Source of the DNA: Sedimentisphaerales bacterium
GTDB lineage: Bacteria; Planctomycetota; Phycisphaerae; Sedimentisphaerales; Anaerobacaceae
Assembly (NCBI GenBank): GCA_963708075.1
Contig: OY970194.1
Location: forward strand, 3,872,001-3,936,000
DNA: 64,000 bases
Direction of reading: 5' to 3'
Shown here: one piece after another, positions 51,268 to 62,143 of the stretch
How the letters are laid out: the number at the start of each line of letters is the position of its first letter
Position numbering within the stretch: the first letter of the stretch is position 1
Position numbers and translations under genes: made by a program
The notes under the pieces: model-generated
The model's input: the letters and a program-made list of their open reading frames with translations, nothing else
The model's database searches: none
Told to the model about the DNA's origin: nothing

Positions 51268-53268
51268 ATGCAGAACATGGCGTCAAGGAATGAGGATAAG
51301 AAGGTAGGAAAGGAAGAAGGAAAGAAGGAAGGAGCTTCCAACCTTCTCACCTTCTTACCGTCTTGCCTCCCTTTCTTCGTGCTCAGCTTCGTCTACCTGT
51401 GGTTTGTGGTCGAGCCGCACCTGATCTACCACTGTTTCGGCACGATCCTGCCGGATGCCCCCCAGTTCGCGACCGGAGGGTCGTTTTTGTGGGACTCCCT
51501 CGGTACGCCGGGCGGACCTCTCACTTATGTATCCGGGTTTCTTTCCCAAGGATACTACTACGCATGGCTGGGGGCAGCGATCATCGTCCTGGCAGGGTTC
51601 TGTCTTAGTGAGCTTTCCAGACGGCACCTTGTGGCTGCCGGTTTTGCACACGCCTCCATCCTGGCAGGCGTACCGGCGATCACGTTCTTTCTCATCTACA
51701 GTTGCTACAAGCACCCTTTGACCGTCTGCCTGGCTGTGTCGCTGGGACTGCTCTTGTCTCTCGTTTTCGAGAGACTGCCTTTACGCCGATCTCCAGTTCG
51801 CATCGTGGCGTGTTGTCTCCTGGCAGTGCTCGGCTTCTGGCTCGGCGGCGCAGGGACATTGCTGATTCTTGCACTCATGACTGTGATTCACTGGATTCGT
51901 GGTAGGGTGGGCACGGCACACCATCTCGCATCGGATCGGACGGTTGTTGGTGTGCGGTGCACACCCTACGAACTGCTCGCGCTACCGGCAAGTGCTGCGA
52001 TCATCTGGGCTCTTGCAGAGTACGTGTTCCTGATCCCTGCTCGCCAGGCGTTCCTCACTCTCACGCCTTTCTCGCCATTAGCGACCGGCGACATGGATAC
52101 CTTTCTCAGAATCCTGATCTTCCTCCTGTATGGCTTCACACCTCTGACCGTGTTGCTCGTGCTCATCGCAAAAAAGGGGACATTCTACTCTTTCAGGCCG
52201 ATCTCCATATCCAGCGAACGCAGGAAAAGTAGAATGTCCCCTTTTCCGAAGAGACGGTCTCCGGCGATCCTTAAGAAGCCGGTTCTGCCCGCCATCCCTA
52301 TCGTGCTGATGGCCCTGGCGTTGCACTTCAGCCAGGATGATCTCCGCAAGCCGTACGTCCTGTCAAACTACTACTCCCGTCAGCAGCGCTGGGACAAGAT
52401 TCTTGAGCTCAGCCGCCGCCTGCCCAAGGACAGATACAACGTCTTTGTCAGCCATGACACCCTTCGGGCCCTGTATCACACAGGCAGGCTCCCCTACGAC
52501 ATGTTCCGTTACCCGCTGGTGCCGGAAGCGATTCTGCTTACGCACGAAAAAAGACAATCGGATCTGACCCAATGGAAGTTGAGCGACATTTTCCTGGAGC
52601 TCGGGCACGTGAACATGGCTCAGAAGCTGGCGTCGGAGGTCCTGACCACCAAAGGTCATCTCGGCGTCGCCCTCGAGGAACTGGGGTGGATCCACCTTAT
52701 CAAAGGGCATCCCGCCACCGCTCGGGTCTATCTGAACGCTTTGAAGAAGGACCCGATCTATCGACGGCGAGCGGAATCCCTGCTGCACGGCCTCGACAGC
52801 GGCTTTGCACCGGATCAAGCCGCCTCCATCGACAGAATCCGCTCCTGCATGCGCGACGAAACCGCAGGAGTCACCGGCCCAGAACCCCTGGATGAGACGC
52901 TATCCGCATTGCTGGCGCACAATCCGCGCAACAAGATGGCGTTTGAATACATCATGGCCTGCTACCTGCTCAGCGGCCGGGTGGACAAGATCGTGGAGAA
53001 CGCCGAACGCCTCCACGACCTTGGCTATCAGAAGATTCCCACACTCTACGAAGAGGCCATACTCATCCACTACGGCTCCACGGGACAGCAAGTGGACCTG
53101 GCCAGGTTCAACATAAGCCGGGAGACGCTCCAGCGGTACGAAGCATTCGTACGGATGGCAATCGCCGTGCAGACTCAGGACGACCAGGCCGTGCTCAACC
53201 GTCTGATCCACGATTTCGGCACCAGCTATTTCTTCTATCATGTCTTCGGCCGGGTGGGTCTGACGTAA
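51268..53268 (+). CDS. DUF6057-like membrane protein
   Basis: Multi-TM N-half (PGG...Y...FL.Q.YYY..LGA), soluble C-half (NPRNKMAFEY..A.YLL, P..YEEA, G.SYFFY). Follows the TolB-like gene as in the known gene pair. Confidence 0.8.
   Translation: MQNMASRNEDKKVGKEEGKKEGASNLLTFLPSCLPFFVLSFVYLWFVVEPHLIYHCFGTILPDAPQFATGGSFLWDSLGTPGGPLTYVSGFLSQGYYYAWLGAAIIVLAGFCLSELSRRHLVAAGFAHASILAGVPAITFFLIYSCYKHPLTVCLAVSLGLLLSLVFERLPLRRSPVRIVACCLLAVLGFWLGGAGTLLILALMTVIHWIRGRVGTAHHLASDRTVVGVRCTPYELLALPASAAIIWALAEYVFLIPARQAFLTLTPFSPLATGDMDTFLRILIFLLYGFTPLTVLLVLIAKKGTFYSFRPISISSERRKSRMSPFPKRRSPAILKKPVLPAIPIVLMALALHFSQDDLRKPYVLSNYYSRQQRWDKILELSRRLPKDRYNVFVSHDTLRALYHTGRLPYDMFRYPLVPEAILLTHEKRQSDLTQWKLSDIFLELGHVNMAQKLASEVLTTKGHLGVALEELGWIHLIKGHPATARVYLNALKKDPIYRRRAESLLHGLDSGFAPDQAASIDRIRSCMRDETAGVTGPEPLDETLSALLAHNPRNKMAFEYIMACYLLSGRVDKIVENAERLHDLGYQKIPTLYEEAILIHYGSTGQQVDLARFNISRETLQRYEAFVRMAIAVQTQDDQAVLNRLIHDFGTSYFFYHVFGRVGLT
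51285..51378. repeat. Purine-arm/pyrimidine-arm imperfect palindrome of AAGG-type units at the 5' end of the DUF6057 gene
   Basis: TAAGAAGGTAGGAAAGG... pairs with ...CCTTCTCACCTTCTTA and encodes DKKVGKEEGKKEGASNLLTFLPSCLPF. Confidence 0.65.
51902..51969. repeat. GTAG-family REP doublet (REPIN-like), in frame in the DUF6057 gene
   Basis: GTAGGGTGGGCACGGCACACCA ... TGGTGTGCGGTGCACACCCTAC: 22-bp inverted arms matching at 20 of 22 positions. Encodes RVGTAHH...VRCTPY. Confidence 0.85.
52172..52245. repeat. Perfect 18-bp inverted repeat element, in frame in the DUF6057 gene
   Basis: AAAAGGGGACATTCTACT (52172-52189) and AGTAGAATGTCCCCTTTT (52228-52245). Encodes KKGTFYSF...KSRMSPF. Confidence 0.85.
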
Positions 53269-53443
53269 GCATGGCAGAGGTTGGAGGATCAGCGTCTTTC
53301 TATCTGCGGGACGGAAGACTGGGCTCTTCCCAGCAGCGTTGCCGCCAGGAATTCGCGGGTCAATTTCGGCACGTTCGGATCGTTGAAGCCACCATGCCCG
53401 GCGCCCTTGACCGTGTAGAAAGTCACCGGGACTCCCGCCTTCT

Positions 53444-56400
53444 TCAGGGGTTGCTCAGGTCAACCACATCGGCACGGCGGGCTTCCGGCGTGACTTTGAG
53501 AGATCGCAACTTGCCGTCACGATATGTGCCATCGATCATCGTCTGATAGGGGGCGTGGAGTTTGAAGTCCACATCCCAGTCCTTCGGCCAGGCGGGCAGC
53601 AGGAGGATCTTCCTGCCGTCCGTCTGAAGGAGCATGGCCTGGAACGTCTCCATCAGAACCCCGCCGTGACACTGGTCCGGCGTCCAGTCGTAATTCGGGC
53701 CCCAGAACGCGGGGAACCGCTCGCGCTGGTCGTGGTGGCAGGCGCGCTCAACGAGCCCTTTCCGCGCGGCATCGGTGAGGCCGAGGTACGCCATGAAAAC
53801 GTCGTCCTGCCGCCAGCCACGATGGCCCTTGTCCCACCGGTGCTCCAGGGCTTCGATACCCCACTGCGGGTTTGGCCGGTCCAGGGCGATGAGGCGGAAG
53901 GGAAACACGGCATAGAGCTCCGGGTTCTCAATGTTTCGCTTTGTGTCGTATGTCTCGGCCGGCGCCAGGGCTTTTGCCCCTTCCACGTCACGCAGCGGCA
54001 GCGGGGGCAGCTTGTCATGAAGTCGCTGCCACAACTCACGCTCAGCAGCGGGGACCGCCTCGGCAGGCAGCGTCAGCAGCCTCTCCGTCACGGCGATGCA
54101 ACCTGCCAGCTCCGGCATCGGATTCGTGCAGTCCCACCAGGTCTCCACCGCCTGTGCGGGATGCATAACCAATCGGCCCCGCTGGTCCGTGGGGTAGTGC
54201 TGATCGAAGAACGTCAGGATCTCGCGCGCGAAAGGAATCGCCGTCTGTCGCAGGAACCGTTTGTCGAGCGTGTGCTCGTAATAGTCGAGCATCATCCAGC
54301 AGAGCTCGAGACCCCCGACCCATTCCCATTTGTGATAACGGCTCTCCTGCAGTTTGTCGGTACGCTGCTCGAAGGGCGTCCAGCCGTACGTCTCGCTAAA
54401 GATCGCTCCCCAGAAGTAGATACACTCCGGCAAGAATGCGCCCTCGTGGCCACAGTAAAGCTTCGTGCGATACTTCGATAATTCGAGCACCTCGCCGGCG
54501 TACATTCGCCACAACGGCTGCATCAGGTCGAAATCGCCGGACGTGCACATGCCGAAGTACGGCAAACGCGTGTTCTGCCACCAGTAGCCGGGACCCCAGC
54601 GGCGATAATCCGGATCGTCCTCGGTGCCCGCGGGGGCCGTAAGGAGGCTGCCGTTGAACTTGATCGGATATGCCCCGCGACCGGCACAGGCGTTGATGAA
54701 CCGCTGCAGATGGTACATCTGGCTGATGTAGGCGGCTTTGTCACGAACGGCCTGCCCGGAGTTGTCGGCAACGATCTTTCCGTCCACGTAGAGCCGACAG
54801 CCGCCGGCCGCCGAGTCTGCGACAGCCACTACATGGGTCCAGTGACCGGCGGGCACGGCGTCGCGCACGTCAAGCTGGTGCTCGGCGCAGATCAGCCGAA
54901 GACTGTTCCCGGGATACGTGTCGAACAGGAAGCCGTCTCTATCGCCGGGAGTGATCTTATCCACAATTCGCGCGCCGCCGGCGGACAGCTTCTCCGGCTT
55001 GAGCCAAGCCTCGATAGTGAAGCCCTGTGCGAAGTCCCACGACGCCGAGTCTGCTACCGGCCCCGCCGCCGTGCCGGTCCACAGCACGTCGGCAGATTGT
55101 GCAGGGGCCGTGCTGCGATTCAGTTTTGCCAGTTCTTGTATCTGGGCGTTGGTCAGTGGTCTTGTGAAGATACTCACGCGGCCCAACTCGCCGGCGAATC
55201 GGTTGCCGCCGCTTTGGTCGAGAACCGATCCGCACGGGATGAGCATTCGAGGGGACAATGGAGTCCGTCGAAGTAACCTCTGCCTCTGAATTGGCGCCGG
55301 CGCGAATCCAACTGCGATCCCAGAACCGGGCCCACCACTGCTCGTGGGCCTTGCGCCGTGCGGACGAATCCTGGGACTCCACGCGACGGATGACCTCTTC
55401 CATCTCCGCCAGCCATCCGTCGGGCTTGGAAGGATGCCGCGTGAGAACATAAATGCTGAACTGATGCGAAGTCCCGCGAGGTGATTGCAGACGAAGGTCG
55501 TCCAGCCTCCGTCCTCCGGGTGCGGTCACGACAGCACCAAAGGTACGATCCAGGAGTGGGTCGGTTTGCTTGAAACCAGTCAGTCCTTGAACTTCAGCAA
55601 GCAACTGCGGGCCAACGGACTTGATATTGTGATGATACCAACCGATGCGATCTCGCTGACCGGTCAGGACGGTGTCCGGCTCGATGATAGTTTGCGCCTG
55701 CCGCTTGTCCGGCAGACTGCGATTGAGGAGCACATCGCTGGTCTGCAATTCCGTCAGTTCGTGTTGCTTGGTGCGCCACAGCTCGACAACCGCTGTGGCT
55801 TCGAGCGGCGACGCACTCTCGGCAGCAACGTGGATGACCGGCAGATTGGCGTCAACCCACACCTGCACACTCGTCCGCTTGGGACCATCGCCGGCCTCGA
55901 CTTTCAGTGTGGCGTCACGCAGGCTCAGCGTCTGGCGAAATGGCGGATTGTTCGCGAACGGATTTGGCTCCAGATGGACGCGAACCGCGCCAACCTTGAC
56001 CAGCCGGGCGTTGTCATCCCATGCGTCGGTCTTGCCGATGAAGAACTGCACGTCGCCCTGAGGCGTGACCCAGGCATTCAGGGCGATATCACCGTTGCCC
56101 AGCGGCATCGAGCCATGGTGATCGATGCTGAGCGAGTCCCAGACAACATTGTAGGCGTCCTCGCTTGTCGCGGGACTGGAAGCCCCTGCTTCATTCGGCT
56201 CGAACAGCAGAAATTCCCAGATCGTCGGGCCATCCGTCGCCTGGAGGACGTTCAGGCGGACTTTTTGCACCGCGACCGGCGAGAATTTCAGTTCCAGACC
56301 TGAGCTGATCTTGCCGCCGCGGGCAAACGCCTCCCATCGTCCATCGCGCTCGGCCTGCAACTCGAACTCCTCGATGCGATCATACGCTTCGCTGAGAAAG

Positions 56401-59192
56401 GCACGATCAATGGTACGTGGCCTGCCTAAGTCTACGGCCAGCCAAGCCTGCTTGAGACCCGCATCCGTGGCCCAGCGGGTCCCCGGGTCGCCATCGAAGG
56501 CCAGTTCTGGCCGGCAGTCCCCACGATTCTGGTAGATGTTCGAGGCGGTAGCCGGCTGGCCCCTCGCTACTGACCTCGCGGCATCGGACGGCAATTCCGG
56601 GGGAGTGCCGGAGGCCTGGCCACCTGCCGGCGGATGGCCCTTCTTGTCGAGCTTCGTATTCAGCGCAGCCCGCTTGGCCGGCGGCACGAGCGGCTCCCAG
56701 TTTGTAAGAGCCTCAATCTCGGGCACCGCCGAGTCCGTGCGGCAACGCAATGTCACGATCTGTTGCGGCCGCACGGGGAACCGGTAAGCCGGCCCGCCTG
56801 TCAAAGGCTGGCGGCGGCCGCCCACAAGATCCGTCAAAGCAGCCTCGTGATGCGGCAGGTTCAACGCCACCTCCGCCATCCCAGCCACGCCCAGGCACTC
56901 GGCCAGACGCAACTCGATCTCGCCGCCCTCACGGCGCATCGCCTCGACAATGACGTTGTCGGATGTCTGCAGGAATGACTGTGGTGCAGCTTTGGCTGCA
57001 TTTCCAGTCACAACCGGCGGACAGTTGAACTCCCAAGCCATTTGCGGGATGCGAGCGTTCTTCCAGTCGCCATCGTGCGCGACGAGAGCAAAGGAGAGAT
57101 TGTGCCGGCCGCGGCCGCTCAGCCACGCGCATGGGTAGCCCATGTAGATGTCCTGGGCGTTAAGCAGGAAGAGCACCGGTGTCTGGCCGGTAAGCTCGCG
57201 ACCGGGCAGGCCACGGTCGAGAATCGCCACGCCACCCTGCGCATACTGGTAGTGCGACCAGCGGATCGCCGCGACAATTCCGTCGGCGAACCCGGCAAGG
57301 GTTGGGTTCTTCGCCGCCCACGCTCCATGCGAGAAGCCATACGGAATGCCTCGCCGTGCCTCCTGGATCGGCTGAGCGAGCGGGAACTCTGCCACAACAA
57401 CCGTTTTGTCGGGGACGTCATTCAACTCGACGTCGAAATCGATGCGGGGATAATCCTTGTAGAAATGCAGTTTCTGCCGGGAAGCGCCGCCACCGTGGAA
57501 TGCGGACTCAACATGTACGATTGTCGCGAGAGGGCCATCGCTCACAGTGACGCGAGGCTTGAACTGCGATGAGTCAGCGAGACGCTTTCGCTGATCGCGT
57601 CGCGGCGTGCTGTGGAAATCGCCTGCCTGCTCAGCCACGAGCAGCACCGGGCCGGCGAGAATCTCACGGCCGGAGGGTTTCAGCTTCAGGCTGCTCAACG
57701 CGCCGGTGTTCGGATCGATCCGCACGCGATAATAGGCCGTCTCAATAACCGCCGGCAATTCGGTCGGCTTTGGGGCCGTCGCGGCTTGGGCCGAGGTCTC
57801 CAAGGTGAGGACACCCGCCGATGGCAACGTGGCGCGACACAGCATCCGGCCGTCCCCATCGGCCTGGCATCTCACATCCGCCAAGCTCGTTCCCACAGGC
57901 ACATCCAGCCGCAGCGGATCGGTTCGTGACCAGTTGAGCGGATTGAACAAGGCCACGGACCGGCCTTGCCCCGCCATCTTCTGAAGGGCCGCCTCCGCTG
58001 TGCCGCCAGAGATATTCTCTACTGACTCGAAACGGTCGCGCACATCCCACGACTCTTCATTCTCGAACACCATACCGCCAGCCGCACCCCAGAGAGTATT
58101 GCGGTCCATGTTCAGCAGCATTTCGAGCCAGCCATGGTAAAGGGATTGCGTGGGATAGCTGAAATCCGTGTTAAGACTTGCCACCGTAGCCAGCATCTCC
58201 GCGGCCTGAAGCTCATGCTCAGCACGGCGATACCAGCCCTTGACCTTGGGGCACTGAATCCAAAACGATGTCCAGCTCAGCCGTGCACCGCTGTGGCTCA
58301 CGGGCAGCTCAATCTGGCCGGACTTGATCCCAGGCAGCACGGCGTCCACGTAGGCACTCAGACCACTGAAACGCAGCTTCGTTTGTGGTGCAGCCTGGCT
58401 CCACTGCGAAAGAAGCATCGATGGGTACTCTGTACAGGCCGGGGCGAGTGAATAATCGCCGTGGCCGGCGAGCACGAGCACGGGTGCTCCGGCGGGTGTC
58501 CGAGTCGCCCGAGACTTCGCATCCTGCAGGAGCTTGCTCAACGCGTCTTTATCCAGCGGGGTCTGCGTGCTGAACACCTGCCCCCAGTCGGAGTAGTGGC
58601 CGGGCGAGATCGCCAGGCAACGGGAGCCGTCCGGGGCTTCGAGCCAGTGCATCGTCTTGTTGGTGGGATTGTCGCGCGTGTACACCATCGCGTCGAGCCC
58701 CAGGCCCGAGACGATCTGTCCCATCTGCTCGTGCACCCCGGTGACGTCGATGGTCCAGGCGAATCGCGGCCGCACCCCGAAGACCTGCTGCTGCCAGCGA
58801 AGCCCCTCCACGCCCATCTTCACCAGGGCCTCGCCGCCCGACAGATTGATCGTGGGTTCGAGGAAGAAAGCATTGACCAACTCTACACGTCTCTCGTGAA
58901 TTCGTTGCTTCAACTCCGCCACCCTGTCGGGGTGAAAGTTGAGAATGGCGATCATGTTGTTGCATTCGGACAGTGCGAAGGCGTAATTGGGGTCATCGCG
59001 CACCCGGTCGAGGTGGTCGAGGTAGTCATTGGCGCAGTAGTTTCGCTCCGTGGACCAGTCGGTCAGCCACCCGCAGCTCGCCGGGTGGAAATTCGGGACG
59101 ATGAAGACCTCGGCCGGCTCCGCTGCCGCACCAGCAATTCCCAACAGACGGGACAACAGTACGAATCCAGATATCGCAACCTTCGTATTCAC
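53444..59192 (-). CDS. ~1900-aa multimodular glycoside hydrolase: GH38-like + F5/8 type C + DUF5703/GH95-like with inserted LamG domain; frameshift near 55223
   Basis: GH38-like N-terminus (WTID, GEALV, W..PDGS, FNPLNW.R), AFDGDP.TRW, SMPLGNGD, LamG (FTIEAWLKP, WTHVVAV), YWWQNTR, NPELYAVFPF, LLPAWP. ORFs 54957-59192 and 53444-55450 join at RIG/LDQSGG. Confidence 0.8.
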
Positions 59193-59213
59193 GGCTCCTT
59201 CTCCTTGACAACG

Positions 59214-59552
59214 TCAGTCCCAGTGAAAGACCTCGTCCATACTCGCCCACCACTGCCCTTCGGCACGGTCGGGCAGCGGCTGCTGACAGGGCATGCAGGC
59301 GTCCCACCACTTCCGCGTGGTCGGATCGGCCGCCATCTTTGCCGTATCCGCGGCGAAGTCCTCCCCCACGTACTCGAAATAGCTGAACAGGTAGTGATTC
59401 CCGTCGGGCAATCGACGCAGGTAGATTGAGTAATTCCGGATGTTGCAGTCGGTAATCATCTTCAGGACATCCGGCCAAACCGTCGCATGCAGCTTCTTGT
59501 ACTGCTCGATCCGGTCCTGCTTGAGCCCGATGACCGTCCCATATCGTTTCAT
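59214..59552 (-). CDS. rhaM: L-rhamnose mutarotase
   Basis: YKKLHATVWP, IRNYSIY, LFSYFEY, WW...M, EVFH. The true start is the ATG at 59552. Confidence 0.9.
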   Translation of the reverse strand: MKRYGTVIGLKQDRIEQYKKLHATVWPDVLKMITDCNIRNYSIYLRRLPDGNHYLFSYFEYVGEDFAADTAKMAADPTTRKWWDACMPCQQPLPDRAEGQWWASMDEVFHWD

Positions 59553-59590
59553 AGCCTGAGCCTCCTGTGTTGTGCCGGGCCGTCGATCCC

Positions 59591-60666
59591 TCAATGCCCT
59601 GCCGCGTGCTGCCCCAGGTAGTTCCCATAGGTCAATGCCAGCACCGCCCCGCCGACAACAAGCAATCCCGCAAGGATAGCCGCCTTCGTGCGAGAGCGTC
59701 GCCCGTGCCATTCCCGCATCGCAACGCCTGCCAGACTGCTGAAAAGGATCAGCATGAGCATATGAATGGCCCAGCTCGAGAACTCGAATTTCCCCATGCG
59801 GACGTGGGCGATGCCGTAGAAGAGGAATTGGCTGTACCACATAGCGCCGGTCAGCAAGGCCATCAGGTAGTTGGTCGGCAGCGCCCCGGCGAAGGCATCC
59901 TTCGCCCGGCGGAACTCGTGGAACGTCTTTTGCGACCACGATAGCCACAGACAATAGAGAGCCGTCGTCACAAAGGCGCCCGTGTTTGAGAAGATATATA
60001 CCACGTTCGTTTGCCAATGGCCGGCGCCGAATCGTGCGGCGGCCTCGGCGATGGGCTTGCCGGTGTCATTGACGGCGATGCCATAGACTGCGGAGAAGAC
60101 TCCGGCGATGCCGCACAGAAGCAGCCCTTTGCCCAAGGCAAACGACCGGGCAGCCGTGCCATCGGTGCCCTGCAGTTCCACCTCCTTGAGCCGGCCCGCC
60201 ATGCCGCACATGAGCGTGCCGAGCAGACCGATGAACACGCCGCTCATCACCCATCCTGAGCCTCGCTGGTCAAGAATGCCCTGCAGCGCCCCCTGAGGAT
60301 CGGCCCGGTCAATGTGCCCAGCACACAAGAAATACCGATCGCCAGGGCATAGGTCAGGGAGTAACCGATGTGGCGAATGGCCATGCCGAACGCTGTCCCA
60401 CCGATGCCATACGCGACTCCCAGGGCGAACGTGACCAACATGGCATTTCGCGGGGCCGAGCGCAGGACGTCCATCAATTGCGGAATAGTGATCCAGGCTC
60501 CAACGATCGGCGCGATGAACCAGCAGACCGACGCCTGGGCCAGCCAGTACGTCTGCCAGGACCAGCCTCGTAGTTTCTGCTGCGGTGTATAGCAAAGCGC
60601 GGCGGAGGTCGCGCCGAATGCGTGCAGGACTACTCCGAGAATCGGGTTGGCTGCTACAATTGCCAT
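59591..60666 (-). CDS. rhaT: L-rhamnose/proton symporter RhaT family; frameshift in G-run near 60290
   Basis: YTPQQKLRGWSWQTYW, GIGGTAFG...IG.SL, QFLFYG, SWAIHM, REW. Adding one G joins ORFs 60247-60666 and 59591-60595. Confidence 0.85.
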
Positions 60667-60669
60667 GGG

Positions 60670-61893
60670 TTACGGAGCCTCATTGAATCGGCCGAGGTCA
60701 AGCGGGTAGACGCCGTGCTCTCGGACTAGTCTCACGATATAGTCATACGTTCGGCCGGAGACGTTGCTGGTCACGGAGTGGTCCGACTGAAAGATGAATC
60801 CGCCGCCTTTGGCCGCGTTGAGCTTGCGCAGGACCTGCCGGCGAATCTCGTCCATATCTCCGGCCTCCCAGACCTGGACATCGCTGTTTCCGCAAAACGC
60901 CATGCGATGGCCGTACCTTCGGCGAAGCTCGACGACATCCATCCCGGCTTTGACCTCCAGCGGATTATAGGCATCGATGCCGATCTCAATGTAGTCTTCA
61001 AAGATGGCTTCGACGTTGCCGCATCCATGATAGATGACGGGCAGTCCCTTGCGGTGCGCGTAATCGGCCATGGCCTTGACCCACGGTTTGAAGTACCGGC
61101 GCCAGTAGTCGGGCGAGAAGAACAAGCCCCGCTTGTAGGCCACGTCGCCCCAGATCACGAATCCGTCGAGCAGTCCCTCGCCCGCGTCGATCTCGGCCTT
61201 GGCGCAGGCCGTGTAGAATTCGCCGATCCGGTCAATCACCTTACCCATGCGGTCCGGGTACAGGCCCATCCAGAGCATGGTGTTCTGCTGTCCGATCAGC
61301 CGCGTCAGGCACTCGGCGCATTCGATCATGCTGCCGTACACCGGGAAATCGGGCCGCAGGGACTTGACCGTGTCGATCCATGCAGGCGAGTTACGCTCAA
61401 ACCCGTCGCCCACGCCGGCGATCTGATTGTCCCCCGCCTCGAAGTACCGGCGTCGATCGTCAGGCGGGTCGAACTCGATAGCCTCCAGCTTCTCGAACGT
61501 GTCGGTCTCCCAAGCCGTCATTTCCGGCATGGGACAGGCGAACTTCTTTCGCATGACAGCCCCGAACCCCGTCTTGACGACCACTTCGTCAGATGTCTCC
61601 CTAAGCGTTTCAAATGACCGAATCCACGGGTCCATGTTGGGAACCGTCACAATCCAATCGAGATCGTAGTAGTAGTATGGATTGGCGTCCGGGGGCAGAT
61701 CGAGTTCCTTCCGCCATCGCCTGAGAAAGCCGCCCCAGAAGAAGTCGCTGATGGGCACCCGATCCGGCTCCTCGTGCCGAAGCGTTCTTCTCATCCGTTC
61801 CAGTTTCTCGTAGGGGCGGGTTTCAAACCCGCCCGTACTGGTGGTCTTGTGTGCCCCGCCGCCCGTCCGGCCGGTCGTCTCAAACATGCCCAT
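60670..61893 (-). CDS. Uroporphyrinogen decarboxylase-family (MtaA/CmuA methyltransferase-like) protein
   Basis: EPDRVP, WGDVAY...FFSP..W, YHGCG, NPLE...GMD, GGFIFQSDHS. Confidence 0.85.
   Translation of the reverse strand: MGMFETTGRTGGGAHKTTSTGGFETRPYEKLERMRRTLRHEEPDRVPISDFFWGGFLRRWRKELDLPPDANPYYYYDLDWIVTVPNMDPWIRSFETLRETSDEVVVKTGFGAVMRKKFACPMPEMTAWETDTFEKLEAIEFDPPDDRRRYFEAGDNQIAGVGDGFERNSPAWIDTVKSLRPDFPVYGSMIECAECLTRLIGQQNTMLWMGLYPDRMGKVIDRIGEFYTACAKAEIDAGEGLLDGFVIWGDVAYKRGLFFSPDYWRRYFKPWVKAMADYAHRKGLPVIYHGCGNVEAIFEDYIEIGIDAYNPLEVKAGMDVVELRRRYGHRMAFCGNSDVQVWEAGDMDEIRRQVLRKLNAAKGGGFIFQSDHSVTSNVSGRTYDYIVRLVREHGVYPLDLGRFNEAP
61810..61838. repeat. GTAG-family REP palindrome in frame in the UroD-family N-terminus
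   Basis: GTAGGGGCGGGTTTCAAACCCGCCCGTAC with a perfect 10-bp stem. Encodes TGGFETRPY. Confidence 0.85.
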
Positions 61894-61910
61894 ACTACCC
61901 CTTCGGGAAT

Positions 61911-61938
61911 ATCGAATTTCGAAATCCGAATTTCGAAT
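61911..61938. repeat. 7-bp tandem repeat (TTCGAAT-like), intergenic
   Basis: atcgaat-ttcgaaa-tccgaat-ttcgaat. Confidence 0.7.
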
Positions 61939-61977
61939 TTGCGGAAGGCCAGCTTCCGTTCGATGTCACCAACATAC

Positions 61978-62005
61978 AGCCTACCCACCACACCGGCGCC
62001 GTCAA
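61978..62005 (-). promoter_or_regulatory. Possible sigma70 promoter for the UroD-family/rhaT/rhaM/GH operon
   Basis: Minus strand TTGACG-16 bp-TAGGCT. Confidence 0.35.
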
Positions 62006-62026
62006 CACCAATCATCCCCTCCGCAA

Positions 62027-62054
62027 GTGCGGGCGAATCATCATTCGCCCCTGC
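62027..62054. repeat. REP-like palindrome (intergenic)
   Basis: GTGC-GGGCGAAT-CATC-ATTCGCCC-CTGC: perfect 8-bp stem with degenerate GTAG/CTAC ends. Confidence 0.65.
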
Positions 62055-62143
62055 TCCCCACCGTATGAGTCCGTGGATCGGCCGTCATCCAGGCTTGAAC
62101 GCTACGGGTTCCCGCCGTCTAACACAGGGTGATGATGTCTGCA

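Noticed and set aside
59553..60017. N-terminal extension of the mutarotase ORF
   Set aside because: It overlaps rhaT in another frame. The real gene starts at MKRYG after a GGAGG RBS.
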